A DNA stretch of 64,000 nt from an uncultured delta proteobacterium (GTDB lineage Bacteria; Myxococcota_A; Polyangia; Polyangiales; Polyangiaceae), in NCBI GenBank assembly GCA_963763745.1, contig CAVXQJ010000001.1, positions 194,431-258,430 of the forward strand, read 5' to 3'. The translations under genes and the position numbers were made by a program. The notes beneath the pieces were generated by a model. The model was not told the origin of the DNA. It saw nothing but the letters and a program-made list of their open reading frames with translations, and made no database searches. This document shows, piece by piece, positions 51,151 to 60,320 of this stretch (position 1 is its first letter; every line of letters starts with the position of its first letter).

Positions 51151-51807
51151 ATGGCTATCTTCATCGACAGCTCCGACCCGAAAGAAATCAAGGACCTCTT
51201 CGGGTGGGGCGTGCTCTCCGGTGTCACGACGAATCCACTCATCATCTCGAAGGAGCGGCCCGACGCCGACCTCGGCGAAATCGTCCGCGAGATCCTGTCG
51301 GTCAGCTGGGGCGACGTCAGCGTCGAGCTCACGACCGAGACGGAAAAAGAAATGCTCGCGGAGGCCTCGCAGTATCACGCGTGGGATCCGCAGCGCATCA
51401 CGATCAAAGTTCCGATGAGCGAGACGGGCTTGCGCGTTCTTCACCAGCTCTCGAAGAAGGGCGTGAAGACGAACGTCACGTGTCTCATGTCGATGAACCA
51501 GGCGTACCTCGCGGCGCTCGCGGGCGCGACGTACGTGAGCATCTTCTCCGGCCGCGTGCGCGACATGGGCTACGACGTGAAGCCCGTGATCGAGTCGACG
51601 CGTCGCGTGCTCGATCGCGAAGGCCTCGCGTCGAAGATCATCGTCGGCTCGATGCGCCACATGATGGACGTGAACGAAGCGCTCGACGCGGGCGCACACG
51701 TCCCGACGATCACGCCGCCGATCCTCCGCAAGATGGTGTGGCACCCGCGCACGATCGAGACGATCAACGAGTTCAACACGGCTTGGAAGAACCGCGGCAA
51801 GAAGTGA
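51151..51807 (+). CDS. transaldolase/fructose-6-phosphate aldolase family (short Tal/Fsa type)
   Basis: MAIFIDSSDPKEIKDLFGWGVLSGVTTNPLIISKE...; 218 aa typical of TalC/Fsa. Confidence 0.85.
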   Translation: MAIFIDSSDPKEIKDLFGWGVLSGVTTNPLIISKERPDADLGEIVREILSVSWGDVSVELTTETEKEMLAEASQYHAWDPQRITIKVPMSETGLRVLHQLSKKGVKTNVTCLMSMNQAYLAALAGATYVSIFSGRVRDMGYDVKPVIESTRRVLDREGLASKIIVGSMRHMMDVNEALDAGAHVPTITPPILRKMVWHPRTIETINEFNTAWKNRGKK

Positions 51808-52313
51808 TGCGTGTCGCGCCGTTCGTCGCGTTCGCCGCGGCGTGCGGCGCGCGCACCGAGCTCGGCGGTGTGATTCCGGAGACGCACGGCGATGCCGCGT
51901 GTGCGCCGAGCACGTTCGATCTGCAGGTCCCCATCGAATCGCCGTGGTTCGACACCGGCATCGACGTCGTCTCGGGCGCCGACGTGAAGATCCACGCGAG
52001 CGGTACCGTCCGTTACGGCGGGAACGGGCAGCAAACGACCGACGCGAACGGCGGCAACTTCGACGGACAAAAATTCTTCTCGACGACCGTTCTCCCGACC
52101 ACCGTCGTGTGCAGCTTGATCGGAAAAGTCGGCGACACGCCCGTTCCGAGCGGCATGGAAGGCGACGGCCCCGGGTTCGTCGGCGTCGACTACCACGAGA
52201 CGATGACGACGTCGGGCCGGCTGTTTTTGGGCTTCAACGATCAACTCGGTCAGTTCGGCGACAACAGCGGCGCGTTCACCGTATCGATCACGATCGAGCC
52301 TCCGTGCCCATGA
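51807..52313 (+). CDS. secreted PA-IL (LecA)-like lectin-domain protein
   Basis: ATG overlaps the transaldolase stop (TGATG); signal/lipobox FAAAC; CSLIGKVGDTPVP...LFLGFNDQLGQFGDNSGAFTVSI parallels LecA ...GNNSGSFSVNI. Confidence 0.6.
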   Translation: MRVAPFVAFAAACGARTELGGVIPETHGDAACAPSTFDLQVPIESPWFDTGIDVVSGADVKIHASGTVRYGGNGQQTTDANGGNFDGQKFFSTTVLPTTVVCSLIGKVGDTPVPSGMEGDGPGFVGVDYHETMTTSGRLFLGFNDQLGQFGDNSGAFTVSITIEPPCP

Positions 52314-52332
52314 ATCGCGCTACGCTCGCCCG

Positions 52333-53739
52333 ATGATTCGACTCGAGTTCGTCGGCGCAGCGCAGACCGTCACGGGTAGCAAGCACCTCGTTCATACGAA
52401 GCACGCGACGATCCTCCTCGACTGCGGGCTCTATCAAGGGCGCCGCCGCGAAGCGTACGACGTGAACAAGAACCTCGGGTTTCGCGCGGCCGACGTCGAC
52501 GTCATGGTGCTCTCGCACGCGCACATCGATCACTCGGGCGCGCTCCCGATGCTCGTGAAGAGCGGCTACGACGGCACGGTCTACGCGACGCCCGCGACGC
52601 GCGACCTCTGCGCCGTCATGCTCGAGGACGCCGCGGCCATCCAGAAACAAGATGCAGACTACATCAATCGAGAAATCGACAAGCACCACATCGACATGGA
52701 GCCGGCGGACCCGCTCTACGACTCGCACGACGTCGTGAAGGTGCTCGAGCGCATCATCTCCGTGCCGTACGCGCGGAGCATTCCGATCGCGGACGGCGTG
52801 AAGCTCACGTTCCACGACGCGGGCCACGTGCTCGGGAGCGCGATCACCGTCCTCGACATCGAAGACGAAGGCACGACGAAGCGTCTCGTCTTCACGGGCG
52901 ATCTCGGGCGCAATCACATTCCGATCCTGCGCGACCCCGAGGACGTGTCCGGCACGAGCATCCTCATCACCGAGAGCACGTACGGCGATCGCCTGCACCC
53001 GCCGCTCGAAGCGATGGACGAAGCGCTCGTGAAGCTGATCAATCGCGTGCACGCGCGCGGCGGAAAAATGATCGTCCCGTCGTTCGCGCTCGAGCGCGCG
53101 CAAGAGGTCGTCTACGCGATCAAGCGCCTTCGCGTGAAGAAGCTCATCCCGCAAATTCCCGTGTACGTCGACTCGCCGCTCACCGTGAAGATCACCGACG
53201 TCTTCAAGATGCACCCCGAGTGTTACGACGAAGAGACGCGCGCGCTCATCGCGAGCCGCGAGTCGCCCTTCGACTTCGACGATCTCCACTACATCTCCGA
53301 TCGCGAGGACTCGAAGGCGATCGACCAAGACAAGGAGAGCTCGATCATCATCTCGGCGAGCGGGATGTGCGAAGCGGGGCGCGTGCTCCATCACTTGAAG
53401 GCGGGCATCGAGGACGCGAAGAACGCCGTCGTCATCGTCGGTTTTCAAGCGCCGCACACGCTCGGTCGTCGCATCGTCGAGCGCCGTCAGCGCGTGAAGA
53501 TTTTCGGCGTGGAGCGCGAGCTGCGCGCGGAGGTCGCCGTAATGAACGGGTTCAGCGCGCACGCGGACCAAACCGATCTCTTGCGCTATGCGGAGCACTC
53601 GAAGCAAACGGGAACGCTGAAGCAAGTCGTCCTCGTGCACGGCGAGCCGGGCCCGCAGAAGGTGCTCAAGGAGAAGCTCGCGGAGAGGGGCATCACGAAG
53701 GTCGCGAACCCCGCGCCGCAAGACGTCATCGACGTGTGA
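52333..53739 (+). CDS. beta-CASP family MBL-fold RNA-metabolising hydrolase
   Basis: LDCGLYQG, HAHIDHSGALP (HxHxDH), beta-CASP region and C-terminal HGE motif; 468 aa. Confidence 0.85.
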   Translation: MIRLEFVGAAQTVTGSKHLVHTKHATILLDCGLYQGRRREAYDVNKNLGFRAADVDVMVLSHAHIDHSGALPMLVKSGYDGTVYATPATRDLCAVMLEDAAAIQKQDADYINREIDKHHIDMEPADPLYDSHDVVKVLERIISVPYARSIPIADGVKLTFHDAGHVLGSAITVLDIEDEGTTKRLVFTGDLGRNHIPILRDPEDVSGTSILITESTYGDRLHPPLEAMDEALVKLINRVHARGGKMIVPSFALERAQEVVYAIKRLRVKKLIPQIPVYVDSPLTVKITDVFKMHPECYDEETRALIASRESPFDFDDLHYISDREDSKAIDQDKESSIIISASGMCEAGRVLHHLKAGIEDAKNAVVIVGFQAPHTLGRRIVERRQRVKIFGVERELRAEVAVMNGFSAHADQTDLLRYAEHSKQTGTLKQVVLVHGEPGPQKVLKEKLAERGITKVANPAPQDVIDV

Positions 53740-54325
53740 CGGCCTCGCGCAAGAGCTCGAGCATCCGATACGTGAGCCCCCACACGACTTCGCCGTTCAC
53801 GTCGAGCGCGGGGAGCAAGAGATCGAATCCGTCGCGCTGGAATCGAAACTGCGTGGCGGGCTCGTTCTTGAGGACGTTGTCGAGCGGAGCCCACACGACG
53901 CGCGCGACCTCTTCGTTCGGCGCGAGCGTCTTTGGATCGAAATGCGATTCGAGCACGAATACGAACGGCGTGACGGTGAGCTCGAACGGCATGCGCGTGT
54001 AGGGGAGAATGTCCGGGAGGCGCGCGACGGGACGCGCGAGGCGTGCGAGGTCGATGCCGATTTCTTCGCGCGTCTCGCGCGTCGCGGTCTCGAGGAGCGA
54101 TGCGTCCGCCTTGTCGCGGCGCCCGCCGGGGAACGCCATGTGCCCCGACCACGGATCCGCCGCGCGCTCCGCGCGTTTGATGAAGAGGATCTCCGGCGCT
54201 CCGGGCCGGTCGTGAATGATCGCCGCGACCGCGGCGCGGATGCCCGCATCGTCGTCGGTGCGTGGCGCGCGCACATCGCCCGCGGAGGCGAGTCGCGAGA
54301 CGAACGCATCGAGCGCAGCGGACAT
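53726..54325 (-). CDS. NUDIX hydrolase, CoA-pyrophosphatase-like
   Basis: C-terminal 199 aa of track ORF 53726..54664: FIKRAERAADPWSGHMAFPGGRRD...ATRETREEIG (Nudix box). Confidence 0.75.
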   Translation of the reverse strand: MSAALDAFVSRLASAGDVRAPRTDDDAGIRAAVAAIIHDRPGAPEILFIKRAERAADPWSGHMAFPGGRRDKADASLLETATRETREEIGIDLARLARPVARLPDILPYTRMPFELTVTPFVFVLESHFDPKTLAPNEEVARVVWAPLDNVLKNEPATQFRFQRDGFDLLLPALDVNGEVVWGLTYRMLELLREAVTRR

Positions 54326-54353
54326 GCCCCGCAATAACGCGTATGCTCGAGTG

Positions 54354-54851
54354 ATGCACAAGGGGAAATTATTCTTCATCGCTTTGGCAGCGGCTGCATG
54401 TGGCGGAGGAGGCGGCACGCCGACGAATTTCGCAGGCACGTACACCGTCACCGTCGTGGACGGCGCGGACAACTGCGGGCTCGGCAACGGTTGGACGAGC
54501 GGCTCGAGCACGAGCGGCATCCCCGCGCAAATCACCCAAGATGGCGCGGTCGCGCAGCTCACCGTCAACGGCGGCGTGGGCGCGTTGCTCTCGTTCTTCG
54601 TCGGAACGAACTCGTTCGCCGGAGACGTGAAGGGCGACACCTTCACCGCGAACTTCCTCGGCACGAAGCAGCAGGCGCAAGGCGCGTGCAGCTACACGAC
54701 GAACACGAAGCTCGAAATCACGCTCGACGCGAACAACGTCGTCAGCGGGACGATCGACTACACGCCCGCGACGAACAACAACGCGTCGTGCGGCGTGCTG
54801 AGCTCGTGCACGAACACGCAAACCGTGAGCGGCTCGCGCACGGGCCCTTAG
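54354..54851 (+). CDS. hypothetical lipoprotein
   Basis: MHKGKLFFIALAAAACGG lipobox; Thr/Gly/Asn-rich mature part; within track ORF 54216..54851. Confidence 0.6.
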   Translation: MHKGKLFFIALAAAACGGGGGTPTNFAGTYTVTVVDGADNCGLGNGWTSGSSTSGIPAQITQDGAVAQLTVNGGVGALLSFFVGTNSFAGDVKGDTFTANFLGTKQQAQGACSYTTNTKLEITLDANNVVSGTIDYTPATNNNASCGVLSSCTNTQTVSGSRTGP

Positions 54852-54935
54852 TCACAGGCAAATCGTCACTCTTCCACGATTTCTCCACAAGTTGGTGGCT
54901 TGTGCTCGCCGCGCGGCGCTCGTATTTCGGCGCGC

Positions 54936-55571
54936 ATGATCAAGACGAAGATCGATGCCGAGCTCGCCGACGCCGAACGCACGCACTCGGGTGATCCCGA
55001 ACGCGCCGAGATCATCGCGCGCACGCGTCGCTTCAAAGCGAGCTGGCTCGAGCTCGCCGAAGCGCTCACGCACGTGCGCAAGAACGACACGTGGCAGCGT
55101 TGGGGTTTCGAGTCGTTCGAGCAGTACGCGTCGCGCGAGCTGAAGCTCCGGCAAGAGACCGTCGACAAGCTCACGGGCTCGTACGCGTTCTTGCAGCGCC
55201 GCGCGCCCGCGGTATTGCGCCGCGACGGCATCAGCGAAAACATTCCGAGCTATCAAGCGATCGACTTTTTGCGCCGCGCGGAAGAGCAAGATGGCGCGCC
55301 CGAGGACGCGGTCGTCGCGATTCGCAAGAAGGTGCTCGACGACAACGCGCCGCTCCCATCCGTCGTGCGCGAGTACGGCGACGTCGTCTTTCCGATCGAC
55401 GAGGGCGAACGCGACAAGCGCGAGAAGGCCGCGCTCCGCCACGCCGCGATGAAGCTCAGAGACGCGCTCGCGAAGACGCGCGCCGTCCCGCGCGAGCTCG
55501 CCAAGGAAGTCGGCGAAAAAGTCGACGAGCTCATCACGGCGCTCGAAGAAGCGAAGAAGCGCGCCGCGTAA
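54936..55571 (+). CDS. conserved hypothetical cytoplasmic protein
   Basis: Balanced, helix-rich sequence (MIKTKIDAELADAERTHSGDPERAEIIARTRRFKASWLELAEAL...); start moved to M13 of the track ORF. Confidence 0.5.
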   Translation: MIKTKIDAELADAERTHSGDPERAEIIARTRRFKASWLELAEALTHVRKNDTWQRWGFESFEQYASRELKLRQETVDKLTGSYAFLQRRAPAVLRRDGISENIPSYQAIDFLRRAEEQDGAPEDAVVAIRKKVLDDNAPLPSVVREYGDVVFPIDEGERDKREKAALRHAAMKLRDALAKTRAVPRELAKEVGEKVDELITALEEAKKRAA

Positions 55572-55598
55572 TAGCTCCCGTATGGTACTGAGCGCAGC

Positions 55599-56384
55599 GT
55601 GCCGCTCGCCATCGCGCTGCTCCTCGGAATCGTCGAAGGGCTCACCGAGTATTTGCCCGTCTCGTCGACGGGACACCTCGTGCTCGTCTCGCGCGCGCTC
55701 GGGCGACAAGCGGGCTCGTTCGAGATCGTCATTCAGCTCGGCGCGATCCTCGCGGTGGTCGTCCATTTCCGCGCGCTCTTCGCGTCGCACCTTCGAGGCA
55801 TCGCCGCGCGCGAGCCGAAGTCGCAACGCTTCGTGACGGCGCTCGTATGCGGATTCATTCCGATCGCGATCCTCGGGAAGCTCCTCGGTCACAGGATCAA
55901 AGACAAGCTCTTCGCGCCGCTCCCGATCGCGATCGCGCTCGCCGTGGGCGGCGTCGTCATGATCCTCGTCGAGCGTTGGCGAAAGAACGAGCGCGCCGAA
56001 ACCGGCCTCGAGTACGTCACGCCGATGCGTGCATTCTACATTGGTTTGGGCCAGTGTTTTGCGCTGTTTCCTGGCGCGTCGCGCTCGATGTGCACCATCG
56101 TCACCGGTCAGCTCTGCGGGCTCTCCACGGCGACGGCCGCCGAGTTCTCGTTCTTGCTCGGCGTGCCGACGCTCGGCGCGGCGACGCTCTACGAGGCTTT
56201 CAAATCGCGCGCGGAGCTCGCGCAAACGGGCTCGCTCGCCGTCGTGGTCGGGCTCGTCACGTCGTTTCTCGTCGCGTGGGCCGTCGTGGCTGCGTTCTTG
56301 CGATACTTGCAGGCGCGGGGCCTCGCGCCGTTCGGCATCTATCGCCTCGTCCTCGCCGCTGGCGTCCTCGCATTCATGCGATGA
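55599..56384 (+). CDS. uppP: undecaprenyl-diphosphate phosphatase
   Basis: EGLTEYLPVSSTGHL and 8-TM BacA/UppP architecture. Confidence 0.9.
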   Translation: MPLAIALLLGIVEGLTEYLPVSSTGHLVLVSRALGRQAGSFEIVIQLGAILAVVVHFRALFASHLRGIAAREPKSQRFVTALVCGFIPIAILGKLLGHRIKDKLFAPLPIAIALAVGGVVMILVERWRKNERAETGLEYVTPMRAFYIGLGQCFALFPGASRSMCTIVTGQLCGLSTATAAEFSFLLGVPTLGAATLYEAFKSRAELAQTGSLAVVVGLVTSFLVAWAVVAAFLRYLQARGLAPFGIYRLVLAAGVLAFMR

Positions 56385-56391
56385 TGCGCCG

Positions 56392-57441
56392 ATGATGAAG
56401 ACGCCCGCATATGCCGCACGCTCGCCGAACGAGCCTCTCGCGCCGATGACCATCGATCGACGCGACGTCGGACCGGACGACGTGCTCATCGACATCGAGT
56501 TCGCGGGGATCTGTCACTCGGACATCCACCAAGTGCGCGGCGAGTGGGGAAACTCCAAATACCCGATGGTGCCGGGCCACGAGATCGTCGGACGCGTCGC
56601 GCGCGTCGGCGCGAACGTGAAGAAGCTCGCCGTCGGCGATCGCGGCGGCATTGGTTGCATGGTCGACTCGTGTCGCGCGTGCGCACCGTGCCGCGAAGAC
56701 CACGAGCAGTTCTGCGAGCGCATGCCCGCGTGGACGTACAACTCGACGGAGATGGATCGCAAGACGCCGACGTACGGCGGCTACTCGAAGCACATCGTGA
56801 CGAGAGAGCATTTCGTCGCGAAGGTTCCCGAGTCGCTCGACCCGGCTGGCGCGGCGCCGCTTCTCTGCGCGGGCATCACGACGTACTCGCCGCTCCGTCA
56901 GTGGAACGTGAAGAAAAACGATCGCGTCGGCGTCGTCGGGCTCGGCGGGCTCGGGCACATGGCCGTGAAGCTCGCAGCCGCGATGGGCGCGGAGGTCACG
57001 ATGCTCTCCACGTCGCAGCGCAAAGCGGCCGACGCGAAGAAGCTCGGCGCGCACGCGTTCGCGCTGACGAGCGACAAGTCGACCTTCACGAAGCTCGCGA
57101 ACCACTTCGACGTGATCATCGACACGGTCTCCGGAGATCACGACATCGACGCGTACCTCGGGCTCGTGAAACCGCTCGGCGCGCTCGCGCTCGTCGGCTT
57201 GCCGTCCAAGCCGATCCAGATCGGCGCCTTCTCGCTCATCGGCGGAAGCAAGCGCTTCGCGGGCTCGAGCATCGGCGGAATGAAGGAGACGCAGGAGATG
57301 CTGGATTTTTGCGCCGCGCACGGAATCGTGTCGGACGTCGAGGTCATCCCCGCGTCGCAAATCAACGCCGCATACGACCGCGTCGTGAAGAGCGACGTGC
57401 GCTATCGCTTCTCCATCGACGCATCGACTTTCGGAACTTGA
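56392..57441 (+). CDS. Zn-dependent NAD(P) alcohol dehydrogenase (cinnamyl-alcohol-dehydrogenase-like)
   Basis: GICHSDIH, GHEIVG, Zn-ligand cysteine cluster CRACAPCREDHEQFC, GLGGLGHMAVK Rossmann motif; ATG at 56392 inside track ORF 56029..57441. Confidence 0.85.
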   Translation: MMKTPAYAARSPNEPLAPMTIDRRDVGPDDVLIDIEFAGICHSDIHQVRGEWGNSKYPMVPGHEIVGRVARVGANVKKLAVGDRGGIGCMVDSCRACAPCREDHEQFCERMPAWTYNSTEMDRKTPTYGGYSKHIVTREHFVAKVPESLDPAGAAPLLCAGITTYSPLRQWNVKKNDRVGVVGLGGLGHMAVKLAAAMGAEVTMLSTSQRKAADAKKLGAHAFALTSDKSTFTKLANHFDVIIDTVSGDHDIDAYLGLVKPLGALALVGLPSKPIQIGAFSLIGGSKRFAGSSIGGMKETQEMLDFCAAHGIVSDVEVIPASQINAAYDRVVKSDVRYRFSIDASTFGT

Positions 57442-57465
57442 GCGGACGAGCCGTGTCGCACCTTC

Positions 57466-58132
57466 GTGGCTCCGGAGTTGCGCGCGGCCCTCGCATGGCG
57501 CGAGAGTTGCGCTGAAGGCGAATTCGACGTGGAAGGGGCCGAGCTCGAAAACAAATTGATCGAACGCCTCGTCGCGCGCGACGAGCGTGCGTTCAACGAG
57601 CTCGTGCGTACGTACGAGCGCCGCGTGTTCGGTCTCGTCTTGCGCATGCTGCCGACGCGCGCCGAAGCGGAGGACCTCACGCAAGAGGTGTTCGTTCAAG
57701 TCTTCAAGGCGATCGGATCGTTTCGCGGCGAGTCGAAGCTCTCGACGTGGATTTATCGCATCGCCGTGAACCTCTGTAAGAACCGCGCGAAATATCTCCG
57801 CGTGCGTCACTCGAACGAGCAAGACGAGATCGAAGCGGTCGCCGAGCGCACGCCGCTCGCGTCCGCGCGCAACGCGAACGTCGCGCAGATCGAGAGGCCC
57901 GACGAAGCGATGGCGGGACGCCAAGTGGAAGAGATCGTGCGGCAGGCGATCAGCGAGGTGGACGAAAACTTCCGCGAGTGCCTGATTCTCTGCGACGTGG
58001 AAGAATTGTCGTACGAGGAAATCGCGGAGATCACGCGATTTACCCGTGGGCACCGTGAAGAGCCGCATTTTTCGAGCGCGCGCGCAGCTGCGCGAGCTCG
58101 TCGAGAAAAAGCTCGGAGAGAAAATCCGATGA
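57466..58132 (+). CDS. ECF (sigma-70 family) RNA polymerase sigma factor; frame disruption in region 4 near 58040
   Basis: Region 2 EDLTQEVFVQVFK...STWIYRIAVNLCKNR; region 4 LSYEEIAEIT, then LPVGTVKSRIFRARAQLRELVEKKLGEKIR* continues in the +1 frame. Confidence 0.7.
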
Positions 58133-58392
58133 CGGACGAAGAACGACAAGACGACGCGATGCGCTCGCTCCTCAAGCGCTCGCTCACCGAGAGCGAGCGT
58201 GAGCCGCGCCCGGAGAAACCCGTCTTGCGCGAGGTTCAGCGGAAGATCCGCCAGCGCTCGAAGGGGAAGTTCTACTCCGACGGATGGAGCACGGCCGGCT
58301 CACGCATCAACTACGCGCTCGTCGCCGTCGTGATGTTGCTCATCGTCGCCATTGCTTACTTCGCGCTCGGCCCGACGGGCTTCAACCGGTGA
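58129..58392 (+). CDS. anti-sigma factor (single TM)
   Basis: ATGA overlap with the sigma stop; MTDEERQDDAMRSLLKRSL...YALVAVVMLLIVAIAYFAL. Confidence 0.55.
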   Translation: MTDEERQDDAMRSLLKRSLTESEREPRPEKPVLREVQRKIRQRSKGKFYSDGWSTAGSRINYALVAVVMLLIVAIAYFALGPTGFNR

Positions 58393-59598
58393 TGCGAGCG
58401 CGCGCGCCGCGATGGGCGCCGCGCAGAGCACGGCGAATCCGCCCACCGCGATTGCGACGCGCTCGCTCCAGTGCTCGGCGATGGCGCCACCGATCGTCGC
58501 GCCGATGGTCGCCGATGCGTAGAAGTTGAGCTGGTAGAGCGCGGTCACGCGCGATTTCGTCTCGGTGCTCGCAGTGAGCTGCACCGTGGCCGAGAGCGAC
58601 GTGAGACACGCGATCCACCCGAGGCCCGCGATGAAGAAGAACGGCACTGCGCCGAGCACGTGCGCTGCGCGCGACGCGAGCGCGATCGACGCGCCGTACG
58701 TCACGATGCCCGCGGTGACGAGCGCGCGCACGCCGAACCGTTCTCGCGCGCGCTTCAAGAGCACGCCGGCCGCGATCGAGCCGAGTCCGAGCGCGCTGAG
58801 CAGCGCGCCATACCCGCTCGCGGTCGTGCCGAGCGAGTGCTTCGCGAATGCGGGCAAGATCGCGATGACCACGCATGCGGCAGAAGAGAACGCCGCCCCC
58901 GTGATGAACACGCCGCGCAGCTTGGGCGTCTGCCACACTTCGCGAAAAGGATCCGCGAACGCACCCATGATCGAGCGCGACCGACTCGAAGGCCGTGCGA
59001 GCTCGGACGCGCGCTTCACTTCTTCGAAGCGCCAGAGCACCCAAAACACGGCGAGGAAGCTCACTGCGTTCACCGCGAAGGTGATCTCGGGTCCGGTCGA
59101 TGCGAGCAGAAGCCCGCCGAGCGCGGGACCGACCACGCGCGCGATGTTGAAGCTGATCGATCCGAGCGTGATCGCTTCGGCCGTTTGCGATTTCGGCAAG
59201 AGCTCGGGCACGAGCGTCCCCCAAGCGGGCGCGCCGAGCGCGACGGCCGCGCCGAGAAACGCGGAGAACACGAGCAGCACGCCCGGCGTCATCGTGTGAA
59301 GACGTATCGCGATCGCGGGACCGATTGCGGCCACGGCGCACGCTGCCTGACTCCACAAGAGGATGCGCCGCCGGTCGTAGCGATCGGCGAAGAACCCCGC
59401 GGGAAGCGTGAGCGCTAGCGTTGGCGCGAGAAAACATGTCGCGAGGAGCGCGACGAGCCGCGGATCGCGCGACATCGACAGCATCACCCAACTTTCGCCC
59501 ACGTCCTCGACCCACGTGCCGACGAACGAAAAGATCGCGGCGAGCCACACGGCTCGAAAAGCACGGTTCGAGAGAGGCGAACTTGGTGTTGGGCTCAT
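58300..59598 (-). CDS. MFS transporter
   Basis: 432 aa; 12 predicted TM helices; MFS-type loop motifs (GFFADRYDRRRIL); 3' end converges and overlaps the anti-sigma gene. Confidence 0.8.
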   Translation of the reverse strand: MSPTPSSPLSNRAFRAVWLAAIFSFVGTWVEDVGESWVMLSMSRDPRLVALLATCFLAPTLALTLPAGFFADRYDRRRILLWSQAACAVAAIGPAIAIRLHTMTPGVLLVFSAFLGAAVALGAPAWGTLVPELLPKSQTAEAITLGSISFNIARVVGPALGGLLLASTGPEITFAVNAVSFLAVFWVLWRFEEVKRASELARPSSRSRSIMGAFADPFREVWQTPKLRGVFITGAAFSSAACVVIAILPAFAKHSLGTTASGYGALLSALGLGSIAAGVLLKRARERFGVRALVTAGIVTYGASIALASRAAHVLGAVPFFFIAGLGWIACLTSLSATVQLTASTETKSRVTALYQLNFYASATIGATIGGAIAEHWSERVAIAVGGFAVLCAAPIAARALASPVEARRAEREVSNGDDEQHHDGDERVVDA

Positions 59599-59672
59599 GC
59601 TTGAGTGGACGCGCTGCGTCGTGGGGACTGACGTGAGTTAGGGGCGGCCAAGCAATCTGATAGCTTTTTTTC

Positions 59673-60317
59673 GTGCGTTGGTCCGAGTTGGGCGATGGAT
59701 GTCTCGATGGCGATGGGCCGGCGGACGCCGTTGGGACTGCTTTGGCGGCCATCGCGCGCGAGAGCGAACGACGCACGGGTGCGCGACCGAGTGGCGAAGC
59801 GCTCCTTTGCGCGTTTTTGGTCGCGCTGAACTGCGATGGCTCGAACGCGCCGTTCTACGCCGAGCCGCGACGAATCGAGTCGATGTCCGTGCAGCACGCG
59901 GGTCGCGACGCGCGCATCGACGCAGCCGATGGTGACGCGTGGATCGTTCACGAGCTCTTTAGAATGCTCGACGAAGTCGCCGAAGAGTACGAGGTGAGCT
60001 GGCATCGCGCGCCGTATCTTCGTGAGCTCGTGCACTACCTCGCTTTGCACTTCGTGGACGATGAGGACTCGCCCGCGGTCGTCTCCGATGCGCCATGGAA
60101 CGTTGGCGAAGCGAAGTTCGCTTTCCGCAGCGAGCGGAAACGAAGAGATCGCGCAGAGCCGCCCGACGTCGCGTCCGTGCACTCGAGTGCGCGCGCGCGC
60201 GTGAGGCACGCGAAGTTCGGCGAGGGCGAAGTCATCTCCGAGCAGGGCGACCGACTCACCGTGCAGTTCGGCGGAGAGAAGCGCGTCGTGCTGCGTTCGT
60301 TCGTCGTGTTTCTATGA
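59673..60317 (+). CDS. hypothetical protein with C-terminal UvrD-C Tudor-like domain
   Basis: C-terminus ARVRHAKFGEGEVISEQGDRLTVQFGGEKRVVLRSFV matches the PcrA/UvrD C-terminal Tudor-like motif; N-terminal domain unknown. Confidence 0.45.
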   Translation: MRWSELGDGCLDGDGPADAVGTALAAIARESERRTGARPSGEALLCAFLVALNCDGSNAPFYAEPRRIESMSVQHAGRDARIDAADGDAWIVHELFRMLDEVAEEYEVSWHRAPYLRELVHYLALHFVDDEDSPAVVSDAPWNVGEAKFAFRSERKRRDRAEPPDVASVHSSARARVRHAKFGEGEVISEQGDRLTVQFGGEKRVVLRSFVVFL

Positions 60318-60320
60318 GCC

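Noticed and set aside
54852-56495. 547-aa minus-strand ORF
   Set aside because: Arg/Glu/Asp-rich low-complexity translation antisense to uppP and two other well-supported plus-strand genes.
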